64,000 nucleotides of DNA, taken from NCBI GenBank assembly GCA_951406725.2, contig OX597820.1:930001-994000 (forward strand), given 5' to 3'. This DNA comes from Octopus vulgaris. Lineage: Eukaryota. The position numbers were made by a program, and so were the translations under genes. This document shows positions 52,144 through 64,000 of the stretch, piece after piece. The notes below the pieces were generated by a model. The model searched no databases. It saw only the letters and a program-made list of their open reading frames with translations, and was not told where the DNA came from. Every line of letters begins with the position of its first letter. Positions within the stretch are counted from its first letter, which is position 1.

Positions 52144-54348
52144 TATATATATATATATATATAGTAAATGCCCCTCAAAAAATGAAGACAAAACAACAAC
52201 GTGAGGACGTATTACATGCAAAGTATTAAAAGACACTCAGGGAAGGAAAGAAAGGTAATTTTATGTTTTGAACAAAGCTCTTCATCAGAAACAGGAGACA
52301 GAGGAACGTCCAAGAGAAAAGGAAGACGGAGGAAAATGTGTATATATATATATATATATATTGCTGACATCATAAAAATTTAGAAACTTTCAGAGAACAT
52401 AAAAATAATTCTTTTTTGGAACAGTGTATCTTGAAGCAGATTAAGGCTATAAATAACAGCCTGGCCCAATGATAGTGTCTGTCTTGTGTACAGCTGTGGG
52501 TCAGTCCAAGTCCCACACACAGTCTCTGACTTTACTCATTATTATTTATAGCTTTATCTGCTTCAAGATCCATTGTCTCACAAAAGATTGTGTGTGTCTG
52601 TGTAGTCTCATCATGTAATGGTTGTAAATAAATCCGATGATCAATTCTAGTCTTTCTTGAAGAATATGTCTGGCTCTGGGAAATATCCTGTTGCTTAGAA
52701 ACGGATAAAGTCTATAAGATATTAAACTCCCAGGTCTTGAGTTCAATTCTGTTGTAGGCAATACATTATGTTAAAACTTTGTTCTGTATTTGCACAGTTC
52801 CCCTAACGAGCTGCCAAAGAATAGAGACTGTTGTTTTGGGATAAAAGACAGAGACCTAATTATTTCATGATAAACACGTGTTGTGGCAAAAGTTCAAATC
52901 CAAAGCTTATGATGACCATCCTCATCTTTTAAGGTCCATGTTCCATGTTGGCATGGATTGGATGGTTTGACGTGATCTGATTGACCCAAGGACTGCATTG
53001 TGCTCCAATGTCTGCCTTAACATGGTTTGGTAATTTCCTATTTTAACATTGTAAATTATTTGTGCCATTAAAACAAATGCAGTAAAATAAATATTAAAAA
53101 AAAACTTGAAAATATACATAAAATAAATGTTACTTGTAAAAAAGCAACAAAAACATTGGTAGAATAAAAAAATTGTATACGTTTAAGTTTTTATGCAGAA
53201 AATGGTACAGTGGTGCAAATAATTTACAGTGTTAAAATAGGACATTACCACATGGTTTTATTGCTGGATGCTCTTCCTAATGCCAACCACTTTACAGCAT
53301 GTCCTGGGTGCTGTTTTCATGTCATCGGCATGTGCAGTTTGTAAGACTATTAGGGGCAACTTTATGCTAGGAGATGAGGTGCAAAAGATGGATAAAATTA
53401 TGAAAGAAAAAGGCCAGAGCAGAATAAATTTCTTGCTATAGAGAAGCAACATGACTACACTCATATGTTAGAAGGTAGGAGTGATCAAGTGGAGCTAGAG
53501 AACACTGAATTTGGAGGGAGAGTAGGAGATGACTGACAGAGCTGAACAGCAGAATGGGAATGACAAAACAGTAGACAGGAAGTGAACAAGGGAAGGATGT
53601 TGTTGGGTAAGTTACAGGAGTTTATTAATTCACATAGATAACTATAATCCAAAGGCCAGGATCTGATAAGACACAAAACTAATATTTAATCCTAATCCCA
53701 TCACATGTCAGGGAAAGACAATACAAAACCTCACCTCTTTAATGTAACCTTCCTGTAGCAATCATTACATGGAAGTCTTTAGTGTTGATCTGTTGGCCTG
53801 GCAGATTGTAGGACGTAACATTTTAACTTTTAATTTCATAGATCCATAAATACATTACCAAATGTTGTTCTTAATTAATAGAAAACCCGGCTTTATTTCA
53901 TGGAAGAAGACTGTATCTTTTTATATATCTTAGTTTTTTTGTTTTTTTTGGTAATTACAAATTTGTGCAACATCCTTAATCTCTTCACGAAATCTGAAAC
54001 TGGTAGTTTTTTTGTCATCTTAGCAGTCATGCTGTTGGTGTTTAGGATATTTATGTTGTTCAACAAGTCGTGTTCGTGGCAGGGTTTAGTGTTGGTGATG
54101 ATGTCACTGGTGGCAACGATGTTTGTAATGGCACCACGAATAAAAAGGAATTGGAATATAACTGAGTTTACGATTGCCTTCTGGTGTAGTTGCTGGCTGT
54201 GCAACAGGATATGTGCACGAGCAGGAGGGAGGGATGCAGGGAAGGGGTTTGAGGGTTTGAGGGGGTGTGAGTGAGGGTGTGTGTATGTGTGCGTGTGAGT
54301 GAGGGTTTGTGTGTGTGTGTGTGAGTGAGGGTGTGTGTGTGAGTGATT

Positions 54349-54389
<41 letters not shown>

Positions 54390-55768
54390 TGTGTGTGTGT
54401 GTGTGTGTGTATGTGAGTGAGGGTGTGTGTGTGTGTGTGTAAATAGTGCTACTGATAGTTATAGAATTGAAGGGGGGGGGGGGGTGCAGGAGGATGGAGA
54501 GAGTTACTACTAACTGTTAGCATTGAGGAATTTCTATGCATGTGGTTGTGTGTTTGGTGGTGGGGATGGTGGTTGCAACAATAAAAGGTGGCATTGGTAC
54601 TTATGGAGGTGTTAATGGTGGTGGTGGTGGTGGTGGTGGTGGTGGTGGTGGTGGTGGTGGTAGAAGTGCTAAAGGTGGAGGTGGTGGTGTTGGAGGTGCT
54701 AATGGAGGTGGTAATGGCGGTGGTGGTGGAGGGGGGTGTAGAGTTGGTATTTTGTGAGTAAAGGGGGAAGTAAAGTTGTTGGCATTTATTTCATTGCCAT
54801 AGCGATGGTAGTCATGGAGAAGTGCTGGTTAAGGCTCACATTGCGATGGTGAGGCGGTTGTTATTGTTATTTAGCCCCAAGTCAGCCGTGATTGAAGCCA
54901 TTCCAACCATGACCATCCTGGTTTCTTTTTCTACATGCAGGGAACCAACACAGGATAACATTATCCCTTTTTTATTTTTGTAAGACAGTAGGTCGTGATT
55001 TCAGAAAGATTTGGCTGCTATGTCTAGCAGGCTGATTAACTTTGCAGAGCTTTTCTTCCACTTGCTTGTGAGGGTGAAATAAGTGGGGAGGAGGGAGGTG
55101 GCAGTGTATTAGTTGTGGTGGTGGTGATGCTGATACTGGGGCTGGTGGTGCTAATGGCAATGTGCTAGTTATGGTGGTGGTAGTGGTGGTGGTGGTGGTG
55201 CTGGTGGCAGTGTTCTAGTTATGGTGGTGGTGGTGGTGGTAGCAACAGTTGTGGGGGGGTTGCAATGCATGATGGGGGATGGTGGTGAATGACTAGAATT
55301 CCATTCCATTGTCTATTATGTCAGGTAATTCCTTACCAAAACGCCACACTGCAAATGCCAAATGACACTGCTAACCGTTCTTGTCCTTAATCCTCAGTGG
55401 AACTATTATGGCTTTTGTTGTTGTACTTGTTGTTGATTCTTTTACTTGTTTCAGTCATTTGACTGTGGCCATGCTGGAGCACCGCCTTTAGTCAAAGAAA
55501 TTGACCCCGGTACTTATTCTTTGTAAGCCTGGTACTTACTCTAGCGGTCTCTTTTGCCAAACTGTTAAGTTTCTGGGATGTAAACACATCAACATCGGTT
55601 GTCAAGCGATGGTAAGGCGACAAACACAGGCATACAAATACATACATACATATCTACCTATCAGATTGGAGCCTGGTGCAGCCTCCTGGCTTGCCAGTCC
55701 TCAGTCAAGCAGTCCAACTCATGCCAGCATAGAAAGCGGATGTTAAATGATGATGATGAACATATATA

Positions 55769-55816
<48 letters not shown>

Positions 55817-56382
55817 GTAGAAATATGTTACAAAAAGAAAGTAAAAGATGCACGTGGAAATGTAAGGGTAAAATATGAAAAATCAACGAAAATGCACATT
55901 GCAAATAAAAAAAGGCTTTTTATGACAGGTAACGACAAATATATACATTTAGATGGACTGAGGTAGTAATAAGAGTCATAAAAGTAATTATTATGAGATG
56001 ATTATAAGATGATATTAAAGTAAGAGAACAAAGCGAACCATGGTTTCAGCAAAAAGCTATTCATCGCTTTGAAAACACCAGCTAATACCATATATATATA
56101 GCGTTCTGTGTCTAGTTCTGGAAATTGTGTTTTGTAAACGACAGACTATGCTGATGATCTTGCAGATGTTTACATACATAAATATTAACAAGTGAAATCA
56201 TGGTACATTGGTAATCGTTTTTTATTTCGTATATTTTCATTTGTCTTGCTCATTTTTACATTTTGGCATTTTGCTGAAATTTTCCTTGAGAACACATTCT
56301 TCGTGGTAATGGCAATTTGACATCTATATTTAGCATATTAGGAGTCCACCTTAGTGGTCATTCCTCTTAATTTTGTATATAA

Positions 56383-56444
<62 letters not shown>

Positions 56445-58043
56445 TACACTATGAGCTTTTTTCACTTTCCATCAATCAAATCCACTCACAAGGCTTTGGT
56501 TGGCACGAAGCTATAGTAGAAGACACTTGCCCAAGAGACACTTGCCCAAGAGACACTTGCCCAAGATGCCACCAGTGGGACTGAACCTGGAACCATGTGG
56601 TTGGGAAGCAAGCTTCTTTACCACATAGCCACGCCTGTGCCTATTTCTTTATCAAGAAGTGTGTGTTACTGTCTCCTTGCCTGACTTCACATGATAGTAG
56701 TTGTAAACGAGTGTCACTGTCATGTAAGTGGTGTCCTTCATTTCCAGTATTCTGTGAAACCATGTTTAGTCATGGGGGAGATATTACCTTGTTTGGAAGT
56801 AGGTGAGAGTTAGCAACAGGAAGAGCATCCAGCTGTAGGAAATCTGCCTCAACAAATTCCATCTGATCCTTGCAAGCATGGAAAAGGGGACATTAGAAAT
56901 GAGGATGATTTGTGTGTGTGTGTATTTTATGTTCTCATTTTGTTTTCTAGACTATTCTAATAACACCCTCCCCACCCAAGACCACCTTTTGCTTTATGAC
57001 TCAAAGCCCCACATTTGCAAATGATCATGTTTAATTAAACACCTTACATCATCATAATTACGTGTAGGAACCATTTGTTATGTTTCCAAAAATAGTTTAA
57101 TTAATAATGGATGAAAAAAAACTGGTTACTTTAAAAAGACTTCCACAAATTCTTGAACTTCAAAATTTACTGAAACACACACATGTCATATTTTATTTGA
57201 AGAATGAAATTGAAGGGGTTCAGGAATGGTTAGAATGAAAACTGGGGCCTGGGTGTAACTGAATTTGATTGTTTAGAAACATTCTAGAAATTCCAAACTC
57301 TTCATCCAAACCATAATAACCATTTGTTTTGGTAAAGGAAATGGCATATTTAACCTAGAAGAGTGGGTTACAAGGAATTGAACTATCTCTGCACATATTG
57401 TATGTTTTTTACACATTTTAACTCTGGATTACACTCTCGGAGTGGTTAGCGTTTGGAAGGGCAGCCACCTGTAGAAACTCTGCCAGATCAGATTGGGGCC
57501 TGGTGCAGCCATCTGGTTCGCCAGCCCTCAGTCAACATCGTCCGACCCTTGCTAGCATGGAAAGCAGACATTAAACGATGATGTTGATGATGATTTAAGG
57601 TGTGTAGCTAAGTGGTTAGGGTATTTGGTTCACAATTCTAGGGTCAGGGGTTCAATTTCCAGTGGTGTGCTGTGTCCTTGAGCAAGACACTTTTTTTCAT
57701 GTTGCTCCCATCAACTCACCTGGCAAAAATGAGTGGAACCTGTAATTGAAAGGGGCCAGCCTTGTCACATTCTTTATTATGCTGAACCTCTTCTGGGAAC
57801 TACATTAGGGATCCATGTGTCTGTGGAGTGCTCAGCCACTTGCATGTTTTGTTGGTTGGATTGACTGGATCCCTCATCACTGTGACCGACAAAATGCCGG
57901 CCGTAGCTTGCTCAACAAACAATAACATCTCTGTGAAGGAAGTTGAAATTCCTCTCCATATATCCGCTTCTTTGGCCTGTTATTCACCCCAGGACTCATA
58001 AGGCTGGAAATTAATCTGATTTACATGGCATTTAAGAGATTAA

Positions 58044-58305
58044 CCCTTTTAATACCAACCTGGCTGAAACCGCTTTTGGCTCTGTAGTACAAATGTCTTG
58101 TTTCCATAAGTTTTGAATTAAAATCTGCCACCAAAACTTAGTCACAATTTATGTTCCTAAAACTAGCTTATGAAATTCTTTGTTATATTTAGTTGTGGTG
58201 CACCTGAGCACTGTATACAATAATTTCATTATTATTATTATTTTTTATTTAAAATTAATTGAAGGAAACACAGAGCATCTCAACAGAAATATGGTAACAA
58301 AAGGG
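58044..58305. mobile_element. piggyBac-type MITE, second copy, carrying a ~55-bp CR1 3'-end insertion
   Basis: TTAA-CCCTTT...AAAGGG-TTAA, colinear with 41387-41606 except for the insert at 58191-58245 and a small deletion. Confidence 0.88.
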
Positions 58306-58524
58306 TTAAGATTACACCCAATTCCCTGCAGCAGAATGCTGGTCCATTCCAAGGCTAACTTTCCACCTAATACTGACATCCATTTACAGTTGAATGAACT
58401 GGAGCAACATGGAATGAAGTGTCTTGCTCAAGAACACAATGCACTGCCCAGTCTGGGAATCAAAACCGCAATCTTACAATTATGAGTTCAACAGCCTAAC
58501 CACTAAGCCACAAGCTCTCCCCTT

Positions 58525-58725
58525 CTCCAAATATAAATCCAGGGAAATAGAAATAGCAAAGAAGTGAAAGAAATATGGACGCACAAACGTCATCTGTAAT
58601 TATAGAAACATTGGAAAATAGAAAACTTGAAAAAGTGCCAAGTAAACCTTTCATATGTGAAATTCAGAAGCCAGCGTTTCTAGGATGTAGACTTCTTTGG
58701 AGGAAAATATTATCAATAAAGAGAA
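58525..58725 (+). mobile_element. Remnant of an RLE-type (R4/Dong-like) non-LTR retrotransposon C-terminus
   Basis: SKYKSREIEIAK ... TSSVIIETL ... VPSKPFICEIQKPAFLGCRLLWRKILSI resembles KY.DL.IEI...PVIIGALG...IPG.P...EIQK..L.GTA.ILRK.LS. Confidence 0.45.
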
Positions 58726-59960
58726 AACAGTTTATAACAAATTTATCTGTTCTACATTTCAACTTGATGATGGCTGTGGTACAATATTTGCATCTTAAAC
58801 AGTTTTATGATAATATTGATGTGTGTGGATGTGTGGTTAAGATGATTGCTGCCCAACCACATGGTTTGGGATTCAGTCCCACTGTGTGCCACCTTGGGTA
58901 AGTGCCTTCTGCTATAACTTCAGGCCAATTCAAAGCCAATCAAAGTCCTAAGGTTTTGGTTATGTATTTTTACGTATGTTTTTGGCCATACCTAAATCAT
59001 CTTTTAGGGATTCTTTCTATCTTCAAGCTACACATTTGGGTTATCTCTATTTCCAAATCTTTGTATTTTGAGAGTTCCGCTGTTTCACAGAGATACACTG
59101 ATATCTGTAGGGATTGATATGACAGTTAGAAAGTATTTTTTTCATAGTGGTTCCTGGCAACAATATCTGGCCTGTTAGCATTGATCTCTCTTTCCATGTG
59201 TAATGATGTATTCAAAGTGGTTCTTGGCAACAATATCTAGCCAATTAGCCTTGATCTCTCTATCTGTGTGTAATGGTGTGTGGGGCTATAGACATTTCAA
59301 TCAACTTTCATATCAACCCTGAAAAGACAAAAGGCATTTGAACTCAGACCCTAAAGAGACATATCCTCATCAATCTTTGGACATTGTTGTCTCAAGTCCT
59401 AGGGCTTATAGGACCAGTTGCCCAGTTCCCATGGCATAGAAGTGACTGAGATCACAACATTACCCCTGGACAAGTAGCTAGTCCATTTGCAGGGCTATTC
59501 GCTTACAGCTGAGTGAACTGGAGCAATGAGAAATGAAGAATACAACTCTGATCTAGGGGTCAAACTAGGGGTCTTGTAATCATGGGTGCAGCACCCTAAC
59601 CCTTGGTCTTTTATCTTTTATTTGTTTCAGTTTTTCAACTGCAGCCATGCTGGAGCACTGCCTTGAAAGGTTTAGGCAAACAATTCAATCGAAGGACTTG
59701 TTTTTAAGTCTGGTACTTAGTCTATCGGACTCTTATGCTGAACTGTTAAGTTACAGGAATATAAACAAACCAACTTTGGTTGTCGAATGGTGGTGGGAGA
59801 AAATACAGATACATACACACATATATACATACATACACACACATACACACATACATACATACACACATACATACATACACAAATACATACATACATACAT
59901 ATATATACATACATACATATACACACATACATACATACATACACACACATACATACATAT

Positions 59961-60186
59961 ATAGTATTTTTATATGAGTGTAAAGCTTACAGCGATCACC
60001 TTGCAACGACTAAGGAAAATAGTCTAATAAAGGGGCATATAAGCCCTTGACAGTAAAAAGGCTTTCTTGCAGATAGGAAAGTCTTCTTTTTCTCTGTCAA
60101 GGGCTTATATGCCCCTTTATTAGACTATTTTCCTTAGTCGTTGCAAGGTGATCGCTGTAAGCTTTACACTCATATAAAAATACTAT
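59961..60186. repeat. Perfect 93-bp inverted repeat with a 40-nt spacer
   Basis: 59961-60053 is the exact reverse complement of 60094-60186. The spacer also pairs imperfectly. Confidence 0.93.
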
Positions 60187-60249
60187 TATTATTATTTACA
60201 GGATTGTAAATCATGGTGCCGTAATAAAAAAAAAACTATTTGCACTGAA

Positions 60250-60299
<50 letters not shown>

Positions 60300-60302
<3 letters not shown>

Positions 60303-60369
60303 GTGTCTGGGGAGAGTCATTCTCTTTTAGTGCCTTTCTCTCCAGAGAATGACTCTCCCCAGACACAAC
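60300..60369. repeat. Perfect 26-bp inverted repeat next to (TA)n
   Basis: GTTGTGTCTGGGGAGAGTCATTCTCT / AGAGAATGACTCTCCCCAGACACAAC. Confidence 0.92.
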
Positions 60370-60481
60370 AGAAAATGCTTCAATACATGAACTCACATAA
60401 AGAATCTTGAAAACCAAATCCCAAAATGAAATATGTATGTATGTTTTTTTATTACAATTGAACATATAAACAAACACTATA

Positions 60482-60524
<43 letters not shown>

Positions 60525-63174
60525 TGTGTGTGTGTGTGTATATATTTTAATGTTTGTTTCTATGTTCAGTTATAATAAAAAGACACTTTTACATTAATTT
60601 GGTGAGGTACTCTCCATTTTTGTACACATTTATTAGACAAGAGTATCATTGAGAGCAGCTCTGAAATTTCACCCAGTTTCTGCCTGCTTCTGATGATGGC
60701 TTAACTGGCCAAAACTTCGAAGTTACTGTCAGTAATATTCTTGATGAAGAAAATTATGAATGCAATGGGCTTCCACACAGTTTCTGCCAAGCAAATCTAC
60801 TCACAGGGCATTGGTTGGCCTGGGGCTGTAATGGTAGACACTTGCCTGGGGTGCCGCACAGTGGGACTGAACCAAAAACTAAATGATCACAAAGTGAGCT
60901 TCTTAACCACACAGCCATGCCTTCACCTACAAAGAAAATGTTGAGGATGTAGTTCCTCCCAAAATTATGAGGCTGCAGACTAAAAACCTCGTCACTCGTT
61001 ATGTAATTTTAGACATTTTTAGTACATTAATTAGTCTCTATGCAAAAACTTTAAAAGTTGCATTCCACCGAGACTAAAAAAACCTCCGAAATTCATAAAT
61101 TAAATTTCTAGTCTCTGGGTTAAAGTTCACATAATGTCGTGAGGTCATGTGCTAAATAACAGATAAAAATCATTAATTCAGAAATATTGTAAGATTGTAT
61201 ACAAACCTTCGACCTGACAGAAAAACTAAGGCAACTCAAATATGAAACTTTATCCTCAAACAAATAATTCTCTTGAGATATTCAACAGACTTTAGCAGAT
61301 CATAAACCAGACTAACTCTGGAGAATTATATAAAGTTGGGTATTTGTTACACTGGGGTGTATCTGTTTAAACAGTTTAATAATACCTGCAGCATGCTGGA
61401 GAAAACTTGCTCTAGAGTACACATGTCTTACTCAACTGCCTATAAAAACAAATATTTATATTAAAAAAAAGGAAAGATATAAGCCTTTATAAATCAACTC
61501 CAGTCTTTGAAATTGTCACACTTCCATTCCTGTGTTTTGGTTTGGATTTTGTAGGTTATAAGCTTATCACCATTTAATGTCCATTTTCCATATTAGCATG
61601 GGTTAGAACTGTGGTTCTCAACCAGGGTCCAATTGACCCATTATGGGTTATAATGACGAGAGTCCCAGCTGATACAATCAATGGAACAGCTCGCTTGTGA
61701 AGTTAACGGGCAAGTGGCTGAGCACTCCACAGACATGTGTACCCTTAATGTAGTTCTCAGGGAGATTCAGCGTGACAAAGTGTGTGACAAGGCCAGCCCT
61801 TTGAAATACAGGTACTACTCATTTTTGCCAGGTGAGTGGACTGGAGCAACATGAAATAAATTGTTTTGCTCAGGAATTGAACTCATGACCTTACATTCAT
61901 GAGCTGAACGCCCTAACCACTAAGCCACACGCCTTCATAATGTTGGCAATATGTATTAAACAAATCCTGATGACACAGAAGACCTTCTAGAAGCCTTAAA
62001 TTGCTTAAATACATTGAAATACATTAAACTTTAGGAAAACTTTTAGCAAAGGTCCATGGCCACCCTGTTGCTGACCCCTGAGCTAAAGAGAGGACTTTTG
62101 AGTAGGAAACCCCTTAATTATAAGCGGGGCACATAGATTTATTACAGATTAGTATAACTAAGAGCATTGATTAAAAAATAACTCTCTCTCTCACACACAC
62201 ACACACAATCATTAACATGATCGGTTAATGTCTATTTTCCATTCTAGCAATGGTTGGATGGCTTAACAGGAGCCGACAATACAAAAGACTGAGGCATGTC
62301 CGAATGTCTGCTCCTGGTTTGGCTTCGACAGCTGGATGCCCTTCATAACACCAACCGCTTCACCGAGTGTACTGGGTGCTTTTTACTTGGTACAGGCACA
62401 TATGTATATATAAGTATATACTTTATTAATAGTAATCACACTCTTGATGTGGGTGGGTGGGTGAGGTGTCCAGTTGCTAGGTTTCCGTTACACGCTGTCG
62501 TGTGCACACAGATACATCTAAATAGACGTTGATGAAATACTGTCTTTGGTGAAGTGGTTGAAAACCTCCTCCAGCGATGCAGCTGAATGCATTTCAAAAA
62601 GTGCAGCTTACCATCCTACTGAGAACTGATAATTAAGAAGAGACAGTTAGTAGCAGTTTCTAAAAAGTGCAGCTGACTATTAATAGAGCTTAATAATTCA
62701 GGAGATATAATTAGTTGGAGGGCAGCTGAGATACTTGAAAGATTTTGATAGTTTATGCAAACCTGCTTGTTCTCTGAGGAACTGTGACAGAAATATCAGT
62801 TTCAAATTTTGGCACAAGGCCAGCAATTTCAGGGGTAGGGGGTAAGTTGATCATATCAACCCAGTGTTTGACTGGCGCTTATTTTATCGACCCCAAAAGG
62901 ATGAAGGGCAAAGTCAGCCTCAAAGGCATTTAAACTCAGAATGTAAAACTAAGCATCTCACCTGGCATGCTAACAATTCTAACATCTCATTACCTTCTGA
63001 GACAGAAATATTTAAGGCACATCATTCTCTCATAATCATTATATTATCATCATCTTCATGACTTGGGTGGAGCTGATAGCATCTCATCACTTATCAGGGC
63101 TTCTCTCATCTGACACATAAAGCAATTGAATAAACTGCAAGTCTATCTTTGTTGTTGTGTGATTGTTTTCGTAA

Positions 63175-63348
63175 CCCTTTCATTACCGTATTTCTGTTGA
63201 GATACTCCGAGGTTCTTTCAATTAATTTTAAATATAACAAAAAGAATTTAGTAACATAACTTAGTTATCATTAATCTAATGTTAGGAACATAAATCGTGA
63301 CTAAGGTTTGGTGGAAGATTTTAATTAAAAACTCATGAAATCAAGACA
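63175..63348 (-). mobile_element. piggyBac-type MITE, third copy (truncated, inverted)
   Basis: CCCTTTCATTACCGTATTTCTGTTGAGAT... is the reverse complement of the right part of 41387-41606. Confidence 0.8.
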
Positions 63349-64000
63349 GGGTAGTCAGGTATCTCCTCTCTAACAAGACACCTGATCTTCTTTTATTATA
63401 CCAAGGGGTCCTTTTCATTTCTTTATTTTGTCTTGCAAGTTATTTGACAACGTCACTAGTGTGATGTCACAAGAAAAGTACCCAGTACACTTTGTAAAGC
63501 GGTTGGCCTTAGGAAGGGTATCCAGCCACAGGAACCATGCTAAAGCTGACATTTGGGTCTGATGCAACTCTGCAAATCACCTGACTCTTGTCAATCTGTC
63601 CAACCCATGCCAGCATGGAAAAATGGATGTTTGATGATGATGATGGTGATGATGACTGGCTACATTTTACCATGCGACAGAAACTGGAAGATATTTGTCT
63701 TCAACAGGACCAAATACTTCCCTCTACACAATATCAGTTTTTAAGGTTTCTGCTCTCTCCTTGATGGGTTACCTGCACCGCAACTTGCTCTCCTCTATTC
63801 ATTTCTTCATTGTTTAGGGAATGAATAATGATAAAAATAGTAAAGAGATTATTGACAATGGTTGTTTAAGCCATCTTCTAGAGTGAATCCTTGGCCTCAC
63901 TATTTTTCTGTCTAGCGCTCATACCACTGAGAAACATAACAGAAGAAATTCAGGGTTAGCAGGTGAGAAAAACTAGCTTGTTGGCCATCTGCTGTACATG

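Noticed and set aside
52546-52900. Possible second RLE-type retrotransposon remnant on the minus strand (PGSL...ARHILQERL)
   Set aside because: Similarity is too weak to call without a profile search.
53893-54274. Opposed 103-aa and 124-aa ORFs in non-repetitive sequence
   Set aside because: No recognisable motif and non-ATG or weak starts. Could be UTR of an unknown transcript but cannot be supported.

Overview
Repeat-dominated animal genomic DNA, most likely a coleoid cephalopod (Octopus-type SINE families, very dense microsatellites; taxon judged by eye). I found no recognisable host protein-coding exon. Nearly all ORFs in the track are microsatellite or SINE read-throughs. The recognisable coding remnants are all mobile elements: an intact 274-aa CR1-type RT C-terminus (44144-44968), a decayed Tc1 element split by a solo-LTR-like insert (5586-7284), a Penelope-like (PLE) GIY-YIG C-terminus (26298-26460), and RTE and R4/Dong-like fragments. 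The main hidden signal is about ten minimal type-I hammerhead-ribozyme motifs in PLE-style repeats, many lodged in (TA)n tracts. One family joins a tRNA-derived Pol III head to a hammerhead, and in one TSD-flanked copy it is the 3' end of a PLE. Another carries the compensated U3-A8 catalytic core at the tip of a long hairpin. Also present: an 858-bp foldback transposon with an 8-bp TSD and outward-facing TTAGGG repeats, piggyBac/pogo/Tc1 MITEs, perfect palindromes, and a CArG/CRE/CCAAT-rich promoter candidate near 19.2-19.6 kb. Coordinates and identities were read by eye, so ends may be off by a few bases.
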